From the NCBI RefSeq assembly GCF_964355755.1, contig NC_092672.1, forward strand, positions 13,702,001 through 13,766,000: DNA of 64,000 nt, written 5' to 3'. The first letter of the stretch is position 1. Each line of letters starts with the position of its first letter. A model generated the notes under the pieces. That model worked only from the letters and a program-made list of their open reading frames with translations, was not told where the DNA came from and searched no databases. The position numbers and the translations under genes were made by a program. Positions 13,705 through 25,739 of this stretch are shown here, in pieces. The stretch is from Antedon mediterranea. Taxonomy: Eukaryota > Animalia > Echinodermata.

Positions 13705-13894
13705 AGGTTGGGTCAATCCTGGATGTACTGCAATACCAGGTCAACCCGTGGCCAGGATGGAGCAAGCTCCTATTCCATGGCCTAAATTCAAAAATCAGTT
13801 TAATATAGAAGCTACTCGATGAGCAGCGTTTCAGATATTAAGCTGAAAAGAACAGATACTACACATGATCTTAGCCAAAAGGCCGAGAAGCGAT
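13705..13894 (-). ncRNA. RNU2: U2 snRNA copy 15 (variant)
   Basis: Loop IV A variant plus a stem IV change (plus strand gggtcaat). Confidence 0.94.
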
Positions 13895-14483
13895 AACAAT
13901 TAAACGAATCTCAACTAGTACCAACAAATGACGACTTGCTGTCGAATCAGTGTGATACATATAATGTAGCTAATGCATACATTCGACCGATGTGTTAAGC
14001 CATACCGTTTAAAATATAAAAGTTTTTACAGAGATTATAGAGTAATATAATTAATTTGTAATAACTGTCAACATGTTTTTTTAAAACAAAACTGATGACG
14101 TGTTACGTTCGATGGTCGTAAAACACCGTTAACGTTATAGAACACTTACGCTACGTTGTCAATTTACATAACAATACAGAGTGACGTAAGTAGCGTAAGG
14201 TTTATCGAGTCGGACCGTAAAACAAAGACGAAACAGTAAAATATACGTTTCATGGCTATAAATTACGTCATTAACAAAATTTGAATATACGCCCATTCGT
14301 TTCTCTGTGCATTTTAATAATTAAACAATCAACTGAAATTACAGTAACATTTTATTCAGAAAAAATACATAATTATTTCTCTATTGAAAAAGTATGACGT
14401 AACAACATGTAACCTGTAACGTAAATACAGAAGACCTACAATAAACAGTGTAACAGATTCTATTTTTTAATAACTATCTTGAT

Positions 14484-14673
14484 AGGTTGGGCCAATCCTG
14501 GACGTACTGCAATACCAGGTCAACCCGTGGCCAGGATGAAGCAAGCTCCTATTCCATGGCCTAAATTCAAAAATCAGTTTAATATAGAAGCTACTCGATG
14601 AGCAGCGTTTCAGATATTAAGCTGAAAAGAACAGATACTACACATGATCTTAGCCAAAAGGCCGAGAAGCGAT
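14484..14673 (-). ncRNA. RNU2: U2 snRNA copy 16 (variant)
   Basis: U2 with stem III change (plus strand ggatgaagc vs ggatggagc). Confidence 0.94.
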
Positions 14674-15263
14674 AACAATTAAACGAATCTCAACTAGTAC
14701 CAACAAATGACGACTTGCTGTCGAATCAGTGTGATACATATAATGTAGCTAATGCATACATTCGACCGATGTGTTAAGCCATACCGTTTAAAATATAAAA
14801 GTTTTTACAGAGATTATAGAGTAATATAATTAATTTGTAATAACTGTCAACATGTTTTTTTAAAACAAAACTGATGACGTGTTACGTTCGATGGTCGTAA
14901 AACACCGTTAACACTTACGCTACGTTGTCAATTTACATAACAATACAGAGTATACATACAGTGACGTAAGTAGCGTAATGTTTATCGAGTCGGACCGTAA
15001 AACAAAGACGAAACAGTAAAATATACGTTTCATGGCTATAAATTACGTCATTAACAAAATTTGAATATACGCCCATTCGTTTCTCTGTGCATTTTAATAA
15101 TTAAACAATCAACTGAAATTACAGTAACATTTTATTCAGAAAAAATACATAATTATTTCTCTATTGAAAAAGTATGACGTAACAACATGTAACCTGTAAC
15201 GTAAATACAGAAGACCTACAATAAACAGTGTAACAGATTCTATTTTTTAATAATTATCTTGAT

Positions 15264-15453
15264 AGGTTGGGCCAATCCTGGACGTACTGCAATACCAGGT
15301 CAACCCGTGGCCAGGATGGAGCAAGCTCCTATTCCATGGCCTAAATTAAAAAATCAGTTTAATATAGAAGCTACTCGATGAGCAGCGTTTCAGATATTAA
15401 GCTGAAAAGAACCGATACTACACATGATCTTAGCCAAAAGGCCGAGAAGCGAT
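15264..15453 (-). ncRNA. RNU2: U2 snRNA copy 17 (Sm-site and nt 41 variant)
   Basis: Same Sm-site change as copy 2 (15348) plus U41G (15413). Confidence 0.92.
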
Positions 15454-16045
15454 AACAATTAAACGAATCTCAACTAGTACCAACAAATGACGACTTGCTG
15501 TCGAATCAGTGTGATACATATAATGTAGCTAATGCATACATTCGACCGATGTGTTAAGCCATACCGTTTAAAATATAAAAGTTTTTACAGAGATTATAGA
15601 GTAATATAATTAATTTGTAATATTAACTGTCAACATGTTTTTTTAAAACAAAACTGATGACGTGTTACGTTCGATGGTCGTAAAACACCGTTAACGTTAT
15701 AGAACACTTACGCTACGTTGTCAATTTACATAACAATACAGAGTGACGTAAGTAGCGTAAGGTTTATCGAGTCGGACCGTAAAACAAAGACGAAACAGTA
15801 AAATATACGTTTCATGGCTATAAATTACGTCATTAACAAAATTTGAATATACGCCCATTCGTTTCTCTGTGCATTTTAATAATTAAACAATCAACTGAAA
15901 TTACAGTAACATTTTATTCAGAAAAAATACATAATTATTTCTCTATTGAAAAAGTATGACGTAACAACATGTAACCTGTAACGTAAATACAGAAGACCTA
16001 CAATAAACAGTGTAACAGATTCTATTTTTTAATAATTATCTTGAT

Positions 16046-16235
16046 AGGTTGGGCCAATCCTGGACGTACTGCAATACCAGGTCAACCCGTGGCCAGGATG
16101 GAGCAAGCTCCTATTCCATGGCCTAAATTCAAAAATCAGTTTAATATAGAAGCTACTCGATGAGCAGCGTTTCAGATATTAAGCTGAAAAGAACAGATAC
16201 TACACATGATCTTAGCCAAAAGGCCGAGAAGCGAT
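16046..16235 (-). ncRNA. RNU2: U2 snRNA copy 18
   Basis: Matches copy 1. Confidence 0.96.
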
Positions 16236-16829
16236 AACAATTAAACGAATCTCAACTAGTACCAACAAATGACGACTTGCTGTCGAATCAGTGTGATACA
16301 TATAATGTAGCTAATGCATACATTCGACCGATGTGTTAAGCCATACCGTTTAAAATATAAAAGTTTTTACAGAGATTATAGAGTAATATAATTAATTTGT
16401 AATAACTGTCAACATGTTTTTTTTAAACAAAACTGATGACGTGTTACGTTCGATGGTCGTAAAACACCGTTAACGTTATAGAACACTTACGCTACGTTGT
16501 CAATTTACATAAAAATACAGAGTGACGTAAGTAGCGTAAGGTTTATCGAGTCGGACCGTAAAACAAAGACGAAACAGTAAAATATACGTTTCATGGCTAT
16601 AAATTACGTCATTAACAAAATTTGAATATACGCCCATTCGTTTCTCTGTGCATTTTAATAATTAAACAATCAACTCAACTGAAATTACAGTAACATTTTA
16701 TTCAGAAAAAATACATAATTATTTCTCTATTGAAAAAGTATGACGTAACAACATGTAACCTGTAACGTAAATACAGAAGACCTACATTAAACAGTGTAAC
16801 AGATTCTATTTTTTAATAATTATCTTGAT

Positions 16830-17019
16830 AGGTTGGGCCAATCCTGGACGTACTGCAATACCAGGTCAACCCGTGGCCAGGATGGAGCAAGCTCCTATTC
16901 CATGGCCTAAATTCAAAAATCAGTTTAATATAGAAGCTACTCGATGAGCAGCGTTTCAGATATTAAGCTGAAAAGAAGAGATACTACACATGATCTTAGC
17001 CAAAAGGCCGAGAAGCGAT
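16830..17019 (-). ncRNA. RNU2: U2 snRNA copy 19 (G42C variant)
   Basis: Plus strand aaaagaagagatac vs aaaagaacagatac (16978). Confidence 0.93.
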
Positions 17020-17608
17020 AACAATTAAACGAATCTCAACTAGTACCAACAAATGACGACTTGCTGTCAAATCAGTGTGATACATATAATGTAGCTAATG
17101 CATACATTCGACCGATGTGTTAAGCCATACCGTTTAAAATATAAAAGTTTTTACAGAGATTATAGAGTAATATAATTAATTTGTAATAACTGTCAACATG
17201 TTTTTTTTAAACAAAACTGATGACGTGTTACGTTCGATGGTCGTAAAACACCGTTAACGTTATAGAACACTTACGCTACGTTGTCAATTTACATAACAAT
17301 ACAGAGTGACGTAAGTAGCGTAAGGTTTATCGAGTCGGACCGTAAAACAAAGACGAAACAGTAAAATATACGTTTCATGGCTATAAATTACGTCATTAAC
17401 AAAATTTGAATATACGCCCATTCGTTTCTCTGTGCATTTTAATAATTAAACAATCAACTGAAATTACAGTAACATTTTATTCAGAAAAAATACATAATTA
17501 TTTCTCTATTGAAAAAGTATGACGTAACAACATGTAACCTGTAACGTAAATACAGAAGACCTACATTAAACAGTGTAACAGATTCTATTTTTTAATAATT
17601 ATCTTGAT

Positions 17609-17798
17609 AGGTTGGGCCAATCCTGGACGTACTGCAATACCAGGTCAACCCGTGGCCAGGATGGAGCAAGCTCCTATTCCATGGCCTAAATTCAAAAATC
17701 AGTTTAATATAGAAGCTACTCGATGAGCAGCGTTTCAGATATTAAGCTGAAAAGAACAGATACTACACATGATCTTAGCCAAAAGGCCGAGAAGCGAT
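17609..17798 (-). ncRNA. RNU2: U2 snRNA copy 20
   Basis: Matches copy 1; last gene before the array boundary. Confidence 0.96.
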
Positions 17799-18184
17799 AA
17801 CAATTAAACGAATCTCAACTAGTACCAACAAATGACGACTTGCTGTCGAATCAGTGTGATACATATAATGTAGCTAATGCATACATTCGACCGATGTGTT
17901 AAGCCATACCGTTTAAAATATAAAAGTTTTTACAGAGATTATAGAGTAATATAATTAATTTGTAATAACTGTCAACATGTTTTTTTTAAACAAAACTGAT
18001 GACGTGTTACGTTCGATGGTCGTAAAACACCGTTAACGTTATAGAACACTTACGCTACGTTGTCAATTTACATAACAATACAGAGTGACGTAAGTAGCGT
18101 AAGGTTTATCGAGTCGGACCGTAAAACAAAGACGAAACAGTAAACTATACGTTTCATGGCTATAAATTAGGTCAATAAATAAAA

Positions 18185-19007
18185 AATGAAGCAAACAAAA
18201 CCATTAAAAACAACAAAAAGTACACCAGTGGTCCCCTATAACTCATTTCGAAAAGGTTTGCCTCAACAACTCTCGCACTGCTGACGTGCGAGCAACATAG
18301 GACGCGTGGAATGAAGCCAAATGGCCGACTAAATCCGCTGGCCTGGTCGCCGACTTTCTGCAAGATTTAACCGGACAGTTCACCACTGCGCTCTTTCCAT
18401 GCTTCTTTGCCATATGATCTGCAAAAGAACGCCATGAGGAGAAAGCCGGTAACGAACAACCTTTCACGCAGGATAACGACATTCCTATCTCCTTCCCAAA
18501 ACCGGCTTCTTTCAGCTTTTTCAGAGCCTTGGCGTTCACAACAGATGCATCTTTTGCCACTACCAAATTCGAAGAGTCTTTGGCACTTACAACATCTGAG
18601 GAATCACTATCATCACTGTCCAAACTGTCCTCACTGTCAGTATCGAAAATACTCCCAACCTTAGGCAGTAAAGGAACACTATCGCCCCAGCTGGAGAACT
18701 CCTCCTGCTCTCCTCCCAACGTGTCTTCTTCATTTTTCTCCACATCACTACCTCCAACACTAATAGAGCTTTGGAGGGGGCCTAAATCCTTCTCTGACGT
18801 ACTCATTAGTATCGAGCCTGATGCAACCACTTCCCTACTCTCTACCTCCAACTCCTCCTCAACATCCGACACATTACCTGCATCTTCTACCACAACAAGC
18901 TCCTCTTCTCCACTTGAAGTTAGTCCGTCCTCTTCAATAATAGGCTGACTGCCACCACGAGCTTTAGCGCTGAAAGAAACAGGACACCTCCTAGCCACAT
19001 GACAGCC
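18185..19007 (-). mobile_element. Tx1-clade non-LTR retrotransposon fragment C (ORF1 C-terminal half to first codons of ORF2)
   Basis: ORF 18243-18998 is highly similar to the plus-strand copy at ~26110-26910. It has an acidic linker, two C2H2-like motifs, then MVLFAS (ORF2 start) cut off by the U2 array. Confidence 0.85.
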
Positions 19008-19020
19008 TATCTACCCGAAC

Positions 19021-19339
19021 ATGAACATGAACCAAATGTTATAAGTACGATTTTAAATGACAGTTCAAAGACTTTTATTACCATGTTTTATATTTATAAT
19101 TTAATTAAAATTGTAAATGAAAGCATATGGTTTTATATTGTAATCAATCACCTTTTATGCCTGCATTTTAACTACTTTTAACACTGTAACAAACGTAGTA
19201 ATATACAATAGAAAGAGCAATATTCATACAATAATTAATTGTTACACAAATGTACCTTTATTTTTATATATAATATATATACATATAAAACAGAGTATTA
19301 TAATAAAAGTGGGACGACCCCACACAAGACAAAAAAAAA
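19021..19339 (+). mobile_element. Probable 3' UTR relic of an L1/Tx1-like element
   Basis: AT-rich tract ending AATAAAA-GTGGG-acgac-CCCAC-acaagac-A9; 5' boundary uncertain. Confidence 0.45.
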
Positions 19340-19572
19340 GATAGAAGATTATACCTGTATCTATTTGAAGTACTGTGCGTCTTAAAATGCGGACATTCGT
19401 CTCTAAACCTGAGATTCAAAGAGGTTGTGTATGTAAAGTCTGTGTTTGCGCACATCAAGAAAGCTGGTGTTCGGGTAGAGGAAGTGGAAGCTGTTCAGCG
19501 GTTAAGCAGTTGATCGTTCGACAAGACAAGACCCCTGCAATATGCCGACGTGCTTCCGGTGAGTTGTGTAGT

Positions 19573-21331
19573 GTTTAAAATTGAAGCAAACTTTAGGCAG
19601 AATAATCAAAAAAGTGCATGGATCGGGCTCAAAAAGATTACGGGTATTGGTAAAAAGAATGACTCAATTATGAACTCAAGTAGTAGGGGTTCTGTTAATG
19701 ACTTGAATATGTTTTTTAACAGGTTTAATAAGGATAGCCACCTCTATGAGGATACATTTAAAGAAGTCTGTCAGGATTTAGATAATGAAATTAACATGAG
19801 TGTAGATAAAGGTAATGAGTGTTTAATTAATATTGTTGTTGTGAGGAATAGCCTCAAAAAGTTCAATGCATGTAAGGCAAATGGACCTGATGGTGTCAAA
19901 GCAAAATTATTGAAAACTTTTGCAAATGAGTTAAGCAATGTGTTTCTTCGTCTTTTTACTTGGTCTATTGGTAGTCATACTATCTCTAAGATTTGGAAGA
20001 CATCTTGTATCAAACCATTACCAAAGAAACCGAATCCATTGTGCCATAATGATTACAGACCAATAGTTTTTACCGCCTTACCAATGAAATGCTAGGAGTC
20101 AATTGTCAAGCAACGGTTATTAAATGAATGTGGTGAATCCTTAGACTCAAATCAATTCGCGTATGAGAGTAAGGTTGGGGTGACTGATGCTCTTCTCACT
20201 TTTCTTCATTCTATTTACTCTCACCTGAGAAGAAAGGTTCATATGCCAGATCTATGTTCTTTGACTTCTCCTCGCCTTTAATACCATCTTACCTCACTTG
20301 TTACTCCGTAAACTGTCCACTCTAAGCATCAGTCCCCACATCTCACGATGGATAGCAGATTGTTTATACAATAGGCCTCAATATGTCATGGTTTGGGGAT
20401 GTGTTACCTGTTTCAGTTATCACTAACACTGGTGTACCTCAGGGGTGTGTGTTGTGTCCAGACTACTGTTCTCAATTTACACCAATGACTTCCACCTCGA
20501 TAACAATGCATGTAAGCTAATACGCTATTCTGATGACACTGTCATCACAGGGCTTATTTGTTCAGAGGATGAGAATAACTACCGAAACTCTATAGTTAAT
20601 TTTATATCTTGGTGTGACGATAATTATTTAATATTAAATGCCTCAAAAACAAAGGAGATGGTGTTTAATTTTAGGAAGAAATATTCACCCATTGAGGCAG
20701 TTATAATTAAGAATAATGAAATAGATGTTGTCAATAAATTTAAGTATCTTGGTACCATTATAGATAAGGACCTTTGTTGGACGCCTAATACAATATACCT
20801 TACTAAGAAAGCTAATCAGCGCCTGTATTTTCTCAGAAATTTGAAAAAGGTCAGGGTTAGTGAGGATATTCTTTATTTATTTTTCTCTAGTGTTATTGTA
20901 AGTGTACTTTTATACAACTGCATTGTCTGGTTTGCCAGTCTATCAGGAATAAACAAGGATAAATTTAAGAAAGTTATGAAACGGGCTGGCAGAGTAATTG
21001 GCTGCAATGTAAAACATGTCGATGATATACATACTTTTTATAAGCATTTTGTCAAGATCATGAATAATACAAAACACCCTTTAAATCAGTATATTGTGTA
21101 TCAAAGGTCAGGTAGGATTAGGCCTCTTAAGGGTCATACTAATCGACACAGAAACTCCTTCCTAGTAAATGCAATCCATGAGTTCAGCTGTAGATTTTTA
21201 AGATAATGTTTCAGTTTAGTATTTATTTATGTTGTAGTGTGGTGAGTTCTTGCAGCAAGCAAGAAGAATTTCAACTGTCACATGTTTGACCTTTGACAAT
21301 AAAGTTTTCTTGTATCTTGTATCATTTATCT
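19573..21331 (+). mobile_element. 5'-truncated Rex1/Babar-like LINE (RT + DUF1891-like C-terminus)
   Basis: ORFs 19550-20095 and 20445-21206 (GPDG, DYRPI, YSDDT, KANQRLYFLR, RNSF); AATAAA then (TCTTGTA)n tail; flanked by TGTAGT duplication (19567-19572 / 21332-21337). Clade is from motif recognition only. Confidence 0.8.
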
Positions 21332-21463
21332 TGTAGTACGAAAATGGGGGTCACTATTTACGACAACAGAGTTACTGTTACTGTGCTGTACGTCGAGCAT
21401 GAGTCTGGATGTTTCTGGTGAGTTAGACGACAGTTACCTGTCTACACAAGATGACAGGGAACA

Positions 21464-21964
21464 TTGACTAGCACTGGGTCAAATGTTGATGAAAGGGTAT
21501 CACAAGCTAGTAATGTGTCTACTATTGGAGATGTGGTGACACAAACATGTTCTGGCAGCTGGGCAGATTGCGATATGAAGGACCTTCATGAAGATCAAAA
21601 GCTGGTAATTCAGGAAGAAGCTAGTTCTGAGAAAGAAATGCCAATGGCATCCGCTGTTAAGGAGACGGTCAGACGAGAAAGGGCCCAAGTTAAACTTGAC
21701 AGTTCAAAATTTGCCAAGGAAAGAGGCTTTATATTAAGCTGCCCCAAGGGTTGCACCAAGGGGTCCTTTACGGCTTGGGCTACATATGTAGACCATATGG
21801 CGAAGAAGCACGGCAAAAGTAACGTAATGGCCAACTGCCCGGTTAGAGCGTGTAGAAGGTGGATGTCGAGACCTTCCGAAGTAATCCCGCACCTGGTCGA
21901 AGTGCATACTGGGTATGTATTGAGAACGTCAGTGAACGACATGGTTTGCCTATCGTTGCCATAG
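21464..21964 (+). pseudogene. Tx1 element A ORF1 C-terminal portion with two C2H2-like fingers
   Basis: CPKGC-x12-HMAKKH and CPVRAC-x12-HLVEVH; homologous to the ORF1 ends at 18243-18998 and 26481-26849. Confidence 0.75.
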
Positions 21965-21999
21965 AAATGAGAGTTTTTAGCTTAATTTTATTTTTAGCA

Positions 22000-24900
22000 A
22001 TGGTCTTTTTTCGTTCTTTAAATGTAAATGGGTTAAGAGATCCTGTAAAGAGGACTTTTATTTTTAATTCGTGTAGGCAAACGAAATATGATGTTATTTT
22101 TTTTAAAGAAGTTCATTGTGGTATGGATACCGACCAGTGATCACTTGAGTGGGGTGCAAGCGCCTTTTGGGGTGTAAGTTCTAATAGAAGTGGGGGCGTC
22201 GGGATATTACTTTCGAAAGTTCGCAGGGATGTGAATGGTACTGTGATCTCAGGATTGGTAATGTTCGGAGAGAAATTGGTGAAGCTCTGTTGTGTGTATG
22301 CTCCAAATGACCCGGCAATTAGAAAGACGTACTTCGCCGCGCTGACGGATTTCCCCATTCGTGCCTTGTGTCCTAGGTGGGGACTTTAATTGCATTATGG
22401 ATGGAGATATAGACAAAGTGGGGGAAACCCGGGGCTCGGAATGTCCGGCTCTGTCGAATTACGTGATTTTTGTCATGATTATTGCATGGCCGACCAGTTC
22501 CGCTTGTTACATCTTAATACCGTTAGCCCATCCTGGTGTTCAAGCGCAAAGGCCTGTAGACTTGATAGGTTTTATGCGTCCCCTTCAATCCATGTTAAGC
22601 GTTTTGAGTACACTGTATGTGCATGCTCTGATCATGAATGGACAGTAATGGAAGCAGAGGTATCATCCTGCATAAGAAAAGGGAAAGGCGTATGGAAATC
22701 CAATATTTCTGTTCTGAATGATCCCGTTTTTACTGAAGACTTCACTCATAGATATAATTTGTGGCAAACTTTAAAGCATGGTTTCCGTCAATTCTTGAAT
22801 GGTGGGACGATTTAAAGAGGTCTAAAGAGGTTATTACCACCACTCGGTGAGGATCAGTAAGTCAAAGAAAAATGAAAGGGAACAATTGGAGAATGAGTAT
22901 GAGCAACTCAAATACAAGCTCAACCTGTCTAAAGATGAGCAGTAATGGTTAAATTAATTAATGGTTAGATTCAATGGCAGCAATAAAGGTTAAGTTAAAC
23001 AAGCTAGCCCAGGTAGAAAGAGAAGGGGCCCGAATTAGGGCAAGAGTCCAATTTTTAGAGGAAGGGGAAAAGACCTCCAAGTTCTTTTTTGGCCATGAAA
23101 AAGGAAAGAAGAAACTGATCAGGTCAGTGCGTAAGAGCAAAGCCGAGATCGTCACTGATACCGAGGAAATTACTGAGGATTTTGCTGACTATTATCAGGA
23201 TCTGTTTGACGGAAGCGACAGAAAGTTAGACATACCCGGACAAGAAAGCTTCTTGAATGGTGTATAAAAGCAAGTTCCCAAGAACAAAGGTGAACGATTT
23301 GGAAGGAACTGTAGATGTGGCCGAGTTTTAGAAAGCTATTTCTTCCATGTCCAAAGACAATTCACCTGGGTCAGATGGCTTGCCTGTGGAATTTTATTTG
23401 GAATTTTGGTCGCTTATCTGCGCCGACTTGATTGAGGTTTATACTTCAGTATTTCAGTCAGGTAGTTTGTCGAAATCGCAACGGGGTGGTCTTATAACCA
23501 TTTTACAAAAGCCTTGGGATAGCCAAGAACCAAAGAACCGGCGTCCTATCACCCTGCTAAATGTTTACTATAAGATTTTGGCAAAAGTGCTTTTTCTTCG
23601 TTTGGGTAGCGTGATGGGTGACTTGGTAGGCCCCTTACAAATATGTAGCGTTCCCGGCAGACGTCTTCAATCTAATTTAGTTCTTCTAAGGGATATTGTG
23701 GAATTTTCATCAAGACGTAAGTTTCCCTTAGCAATCATATCTTTTGATCAAGAAAAAGCTTTTGACAGAGTTAACGTTGATTTTTTATTTCAAGTGTTGA
23801 GAAGGATGGGGTTTGGCATGAAGTTTCTTCAATGGCTGCGTGTTTTGTACTGCAACCTATTTAGCGGTGTGATGGTCAATGGTTTTGTTTCTCGTTCATT
23901 TCCGTTAACTCGGGGGGTGAGGCAAGGTTGCCCGCTGTCTCTTTTGTTGTATATTTTATACATGGAAACATTGGCGTGCAGGATTCAAAGTTCCGAGTGC
24001 ATTCAAAGAGTAACGCTCCCCTGGAAGCGTTGGGAAAGAATGCAAGTTCATCCAATACGCAGATGACCTCACATGTATTAATTCGTCTCGTTTCTCTGTT
24101 ATTTCTTTGGTAAAATTATTAAAGGCGTTTGAGGGGGTCTCTGGTTCCCGATTTAATCTTTTAAAAACATGTGGTCTGTTATGGTGTGTGTTATGCGGAT
24201 TATCCCGACTTCCTGGGGTGGATTCAGTCCCGTGGTCTGCGAATTCTTTAAGAGTTTGCGGGGTGAAGTTAGGGGCTCAACATCCCGGCCTGGCTACGTG
24301 GGAAAAAGTGGTGGGGCGGGTCCAGACAACAGTTGGAAAATGGAAAAACAGGAAAATGTCTGTAATGAGTAGAGTCCTGATTTTGAATTCTTTAGCGTTA
24401 CCTATTGTGTTGTATGTAGCTCCTGTTTACGTAGCTCCGATGGCTTTGGTCAAGCGTATATATAAGTGCATGTTCTCCTTCGTGTGGTGGAGGGGTGGTA
24501 GAGAAATTGTTTCACGGAAGACTTTATTTTTGCCAAAAAGTAAAGGTGGCTTGGGTCTATTAGATCCGGTGGCGAAATGTGAAAGTATTCTAATTTCCTC
24601 CATGTCACAGGTTTGCAAAGGGGTTGAATGGTCTTTCTTTGGTGCCTTGTGGTTAGGTCGGGTTCTTCATCGACTTGGGATTTTGGTGTGGGATAACAAC
24701 CGTCCCCATGATATGGAACCTCCAAAGGTATATGACCATCTGGAGAAATTGTGTGCAGATTATTGGTTCCTATGCAAGAAACAAGTTGCTTGGCATCAGT
24801 TATCGAGTAAATAGGTTTTTAATGCTATATTAGAAGGTAACAGTTATGTGGCTTTGTGTGTGAGTTCAAGACCGGCCCAGGATTGGGATTTAGCCTTTAA

Positions 24901-25440
24901 GGCTCTATGGGGTGGTAGAATCTTTAACCGTAGTAGAGAGGTAGGATGGAAAGCGGTGCATACATGTCTATCGTTTGGAGAAGTTTTGAAACTTCGCAGA
25001 ATGTCGGTCAAGCGTTTTGACTGTCCTTGGTGTGGTGTTACGGAATAAATCAGCCACTGTCTTATGAACTGCTCGCATCTCGCTTTAGTTTGGCAGTGGG
25101 ATGGAAGTGCTTAGTCGCATTCATGGATTGGATGTCTTCTTGTCTGAGGACCACTTGATATTTTTTTTTTCAGTGCGTCTGAGCAGCCTCTTTATGAATT
25201 GGCAGTGTTTTTCATTTCAGAGATTAAGTTTGTTATTTGGAAGGCTAGATGTCAGGCCTTGTTCCACAAAGAATTTGTTTCGGAAGAAGGTCTTATTCTC
25301 TTAATCAAGAAAGCTAAAAAAATTGTATTAATCTGGAATTTACACGACTCAAGCGTCAGTTACCAACTTTTCAAAATTGTTGGTACACACAGGCTGTTTT
25401 CGCATGCGTGGATGGCGAAAATTTGGTTTTTAAGTTGTAA
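22000..25440 (+). pseudogene. Tx1 element A ORF2 (APE endonuclease + reverse transcriptase + zf-RVT), disrupted
   Basis: ORF pieces 21859-22140, 22361-22815, 22974-23267, 23347-24066, 24107-24814 and 24848-25492 carry consecutive Tx1 ORF2 motifs. Confidence 0.88.
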
Positions 25441-25620
25441 ATTAATTCAGTTTTGTGCAGTTTCTGTTTTCTCGCATCTGGTTTTTGTTTAGTTTTTAGA
25501 GGCATGGAGGATCGTACTCTCACGTATTCCGGTCTGCCGTGGGCAGCCTGCATGGGGTTGAACGCTTAGTGGTTTTGTTCTAACTTAGTTTATCCTTGCG
25601 TTCGCTCTAAATCAAAAAGG

Positions 25621-25636
25621 AGTATCTGTTCTTTTC
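25621..25636 (+). pseudogene. U2 snRNA fragment (nt 35-50) directly 3' of Tx1 element A
   Basis: AGTATCTGTTCTTTTC is an exact 16-nt match to array U2 nt 35-50. Confidence 0.75.
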
Positions 25637-25662
25637 TGTTTCTTTTACTGTTACATTTTTAC

Positions 25663-25714
25663 CGGTATGGCTTAACACATCGATAGAATGAATACATTAG
25701 CTACATTGTATGTA
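25663..25714 (+). other. Diverged relic of U2 upstream region (-113..-62), inverted relative to the array
   Basis: cggtatggcttaacacatcgatagaatgaatacattagctacattgtatgta matches the reverse complement of 489-540 at 47/52 positions. Confidence 0.9.
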
Positions 25715-25739
25715 AATTAAACCGGAATAAGGACCTGTG

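Larger units (their letters stand above)
1..18185 (-). repeat. Tandem array of ~780-bp units, each carrying one U2 snRNA gene (20 copies in window; likely continues beyond left edge)
   Basis: Near-identical units recur every 779-797 bp (U2 5' ends at 427, 1207, 1989, 2769 ... 17798); the array stops abruptly at ~18185. Confidence 0.97.
19380..25620 (+). mobile_element. Degenerate Tx1-clade (Keno-like) non-LTR retrotransposon A, interrupted by a Rex1-like LINE
   Basis: ORF1 N-terminal RRM-like piece (VEAVQRLSS.SFD; YDNRVTVT) and ORF1 C-terminus 21464-21964. ORF2 from ATG 22000 has APE endonuclease (LNVNG, GGDFNC, SDH), RT (SPGSDGLP, DQEKAFDRV, GVRQGCPLS, QYADD) and zf-RVT (CPWC..HC..C), with many frameshifts and stops. 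Confidence 0.88.

Noticed and set aside
1-18185. Regular repeat array as CRISPR or plain satellite
   Set aside because: Units are ~780 bp, near-identical, lack unique spacers, and each contains a canonical U2 snRNA gene.
18529-18948. Ser/Thr-rich 139-aa plus-strand ORF, and similar antisense ORFs (21610-21942, 26414-26728, 30133-30684)
   Set aside because: Antisense shadows of retrotransposon coding frames.
19010-19479. 11-bp inverted match tctacccgaac (19010-19020) / gttcgggtaga (19469-19479)
   Set aside because: Too short to call as a TIR or breakpoint scar; no TSD or extension seen.
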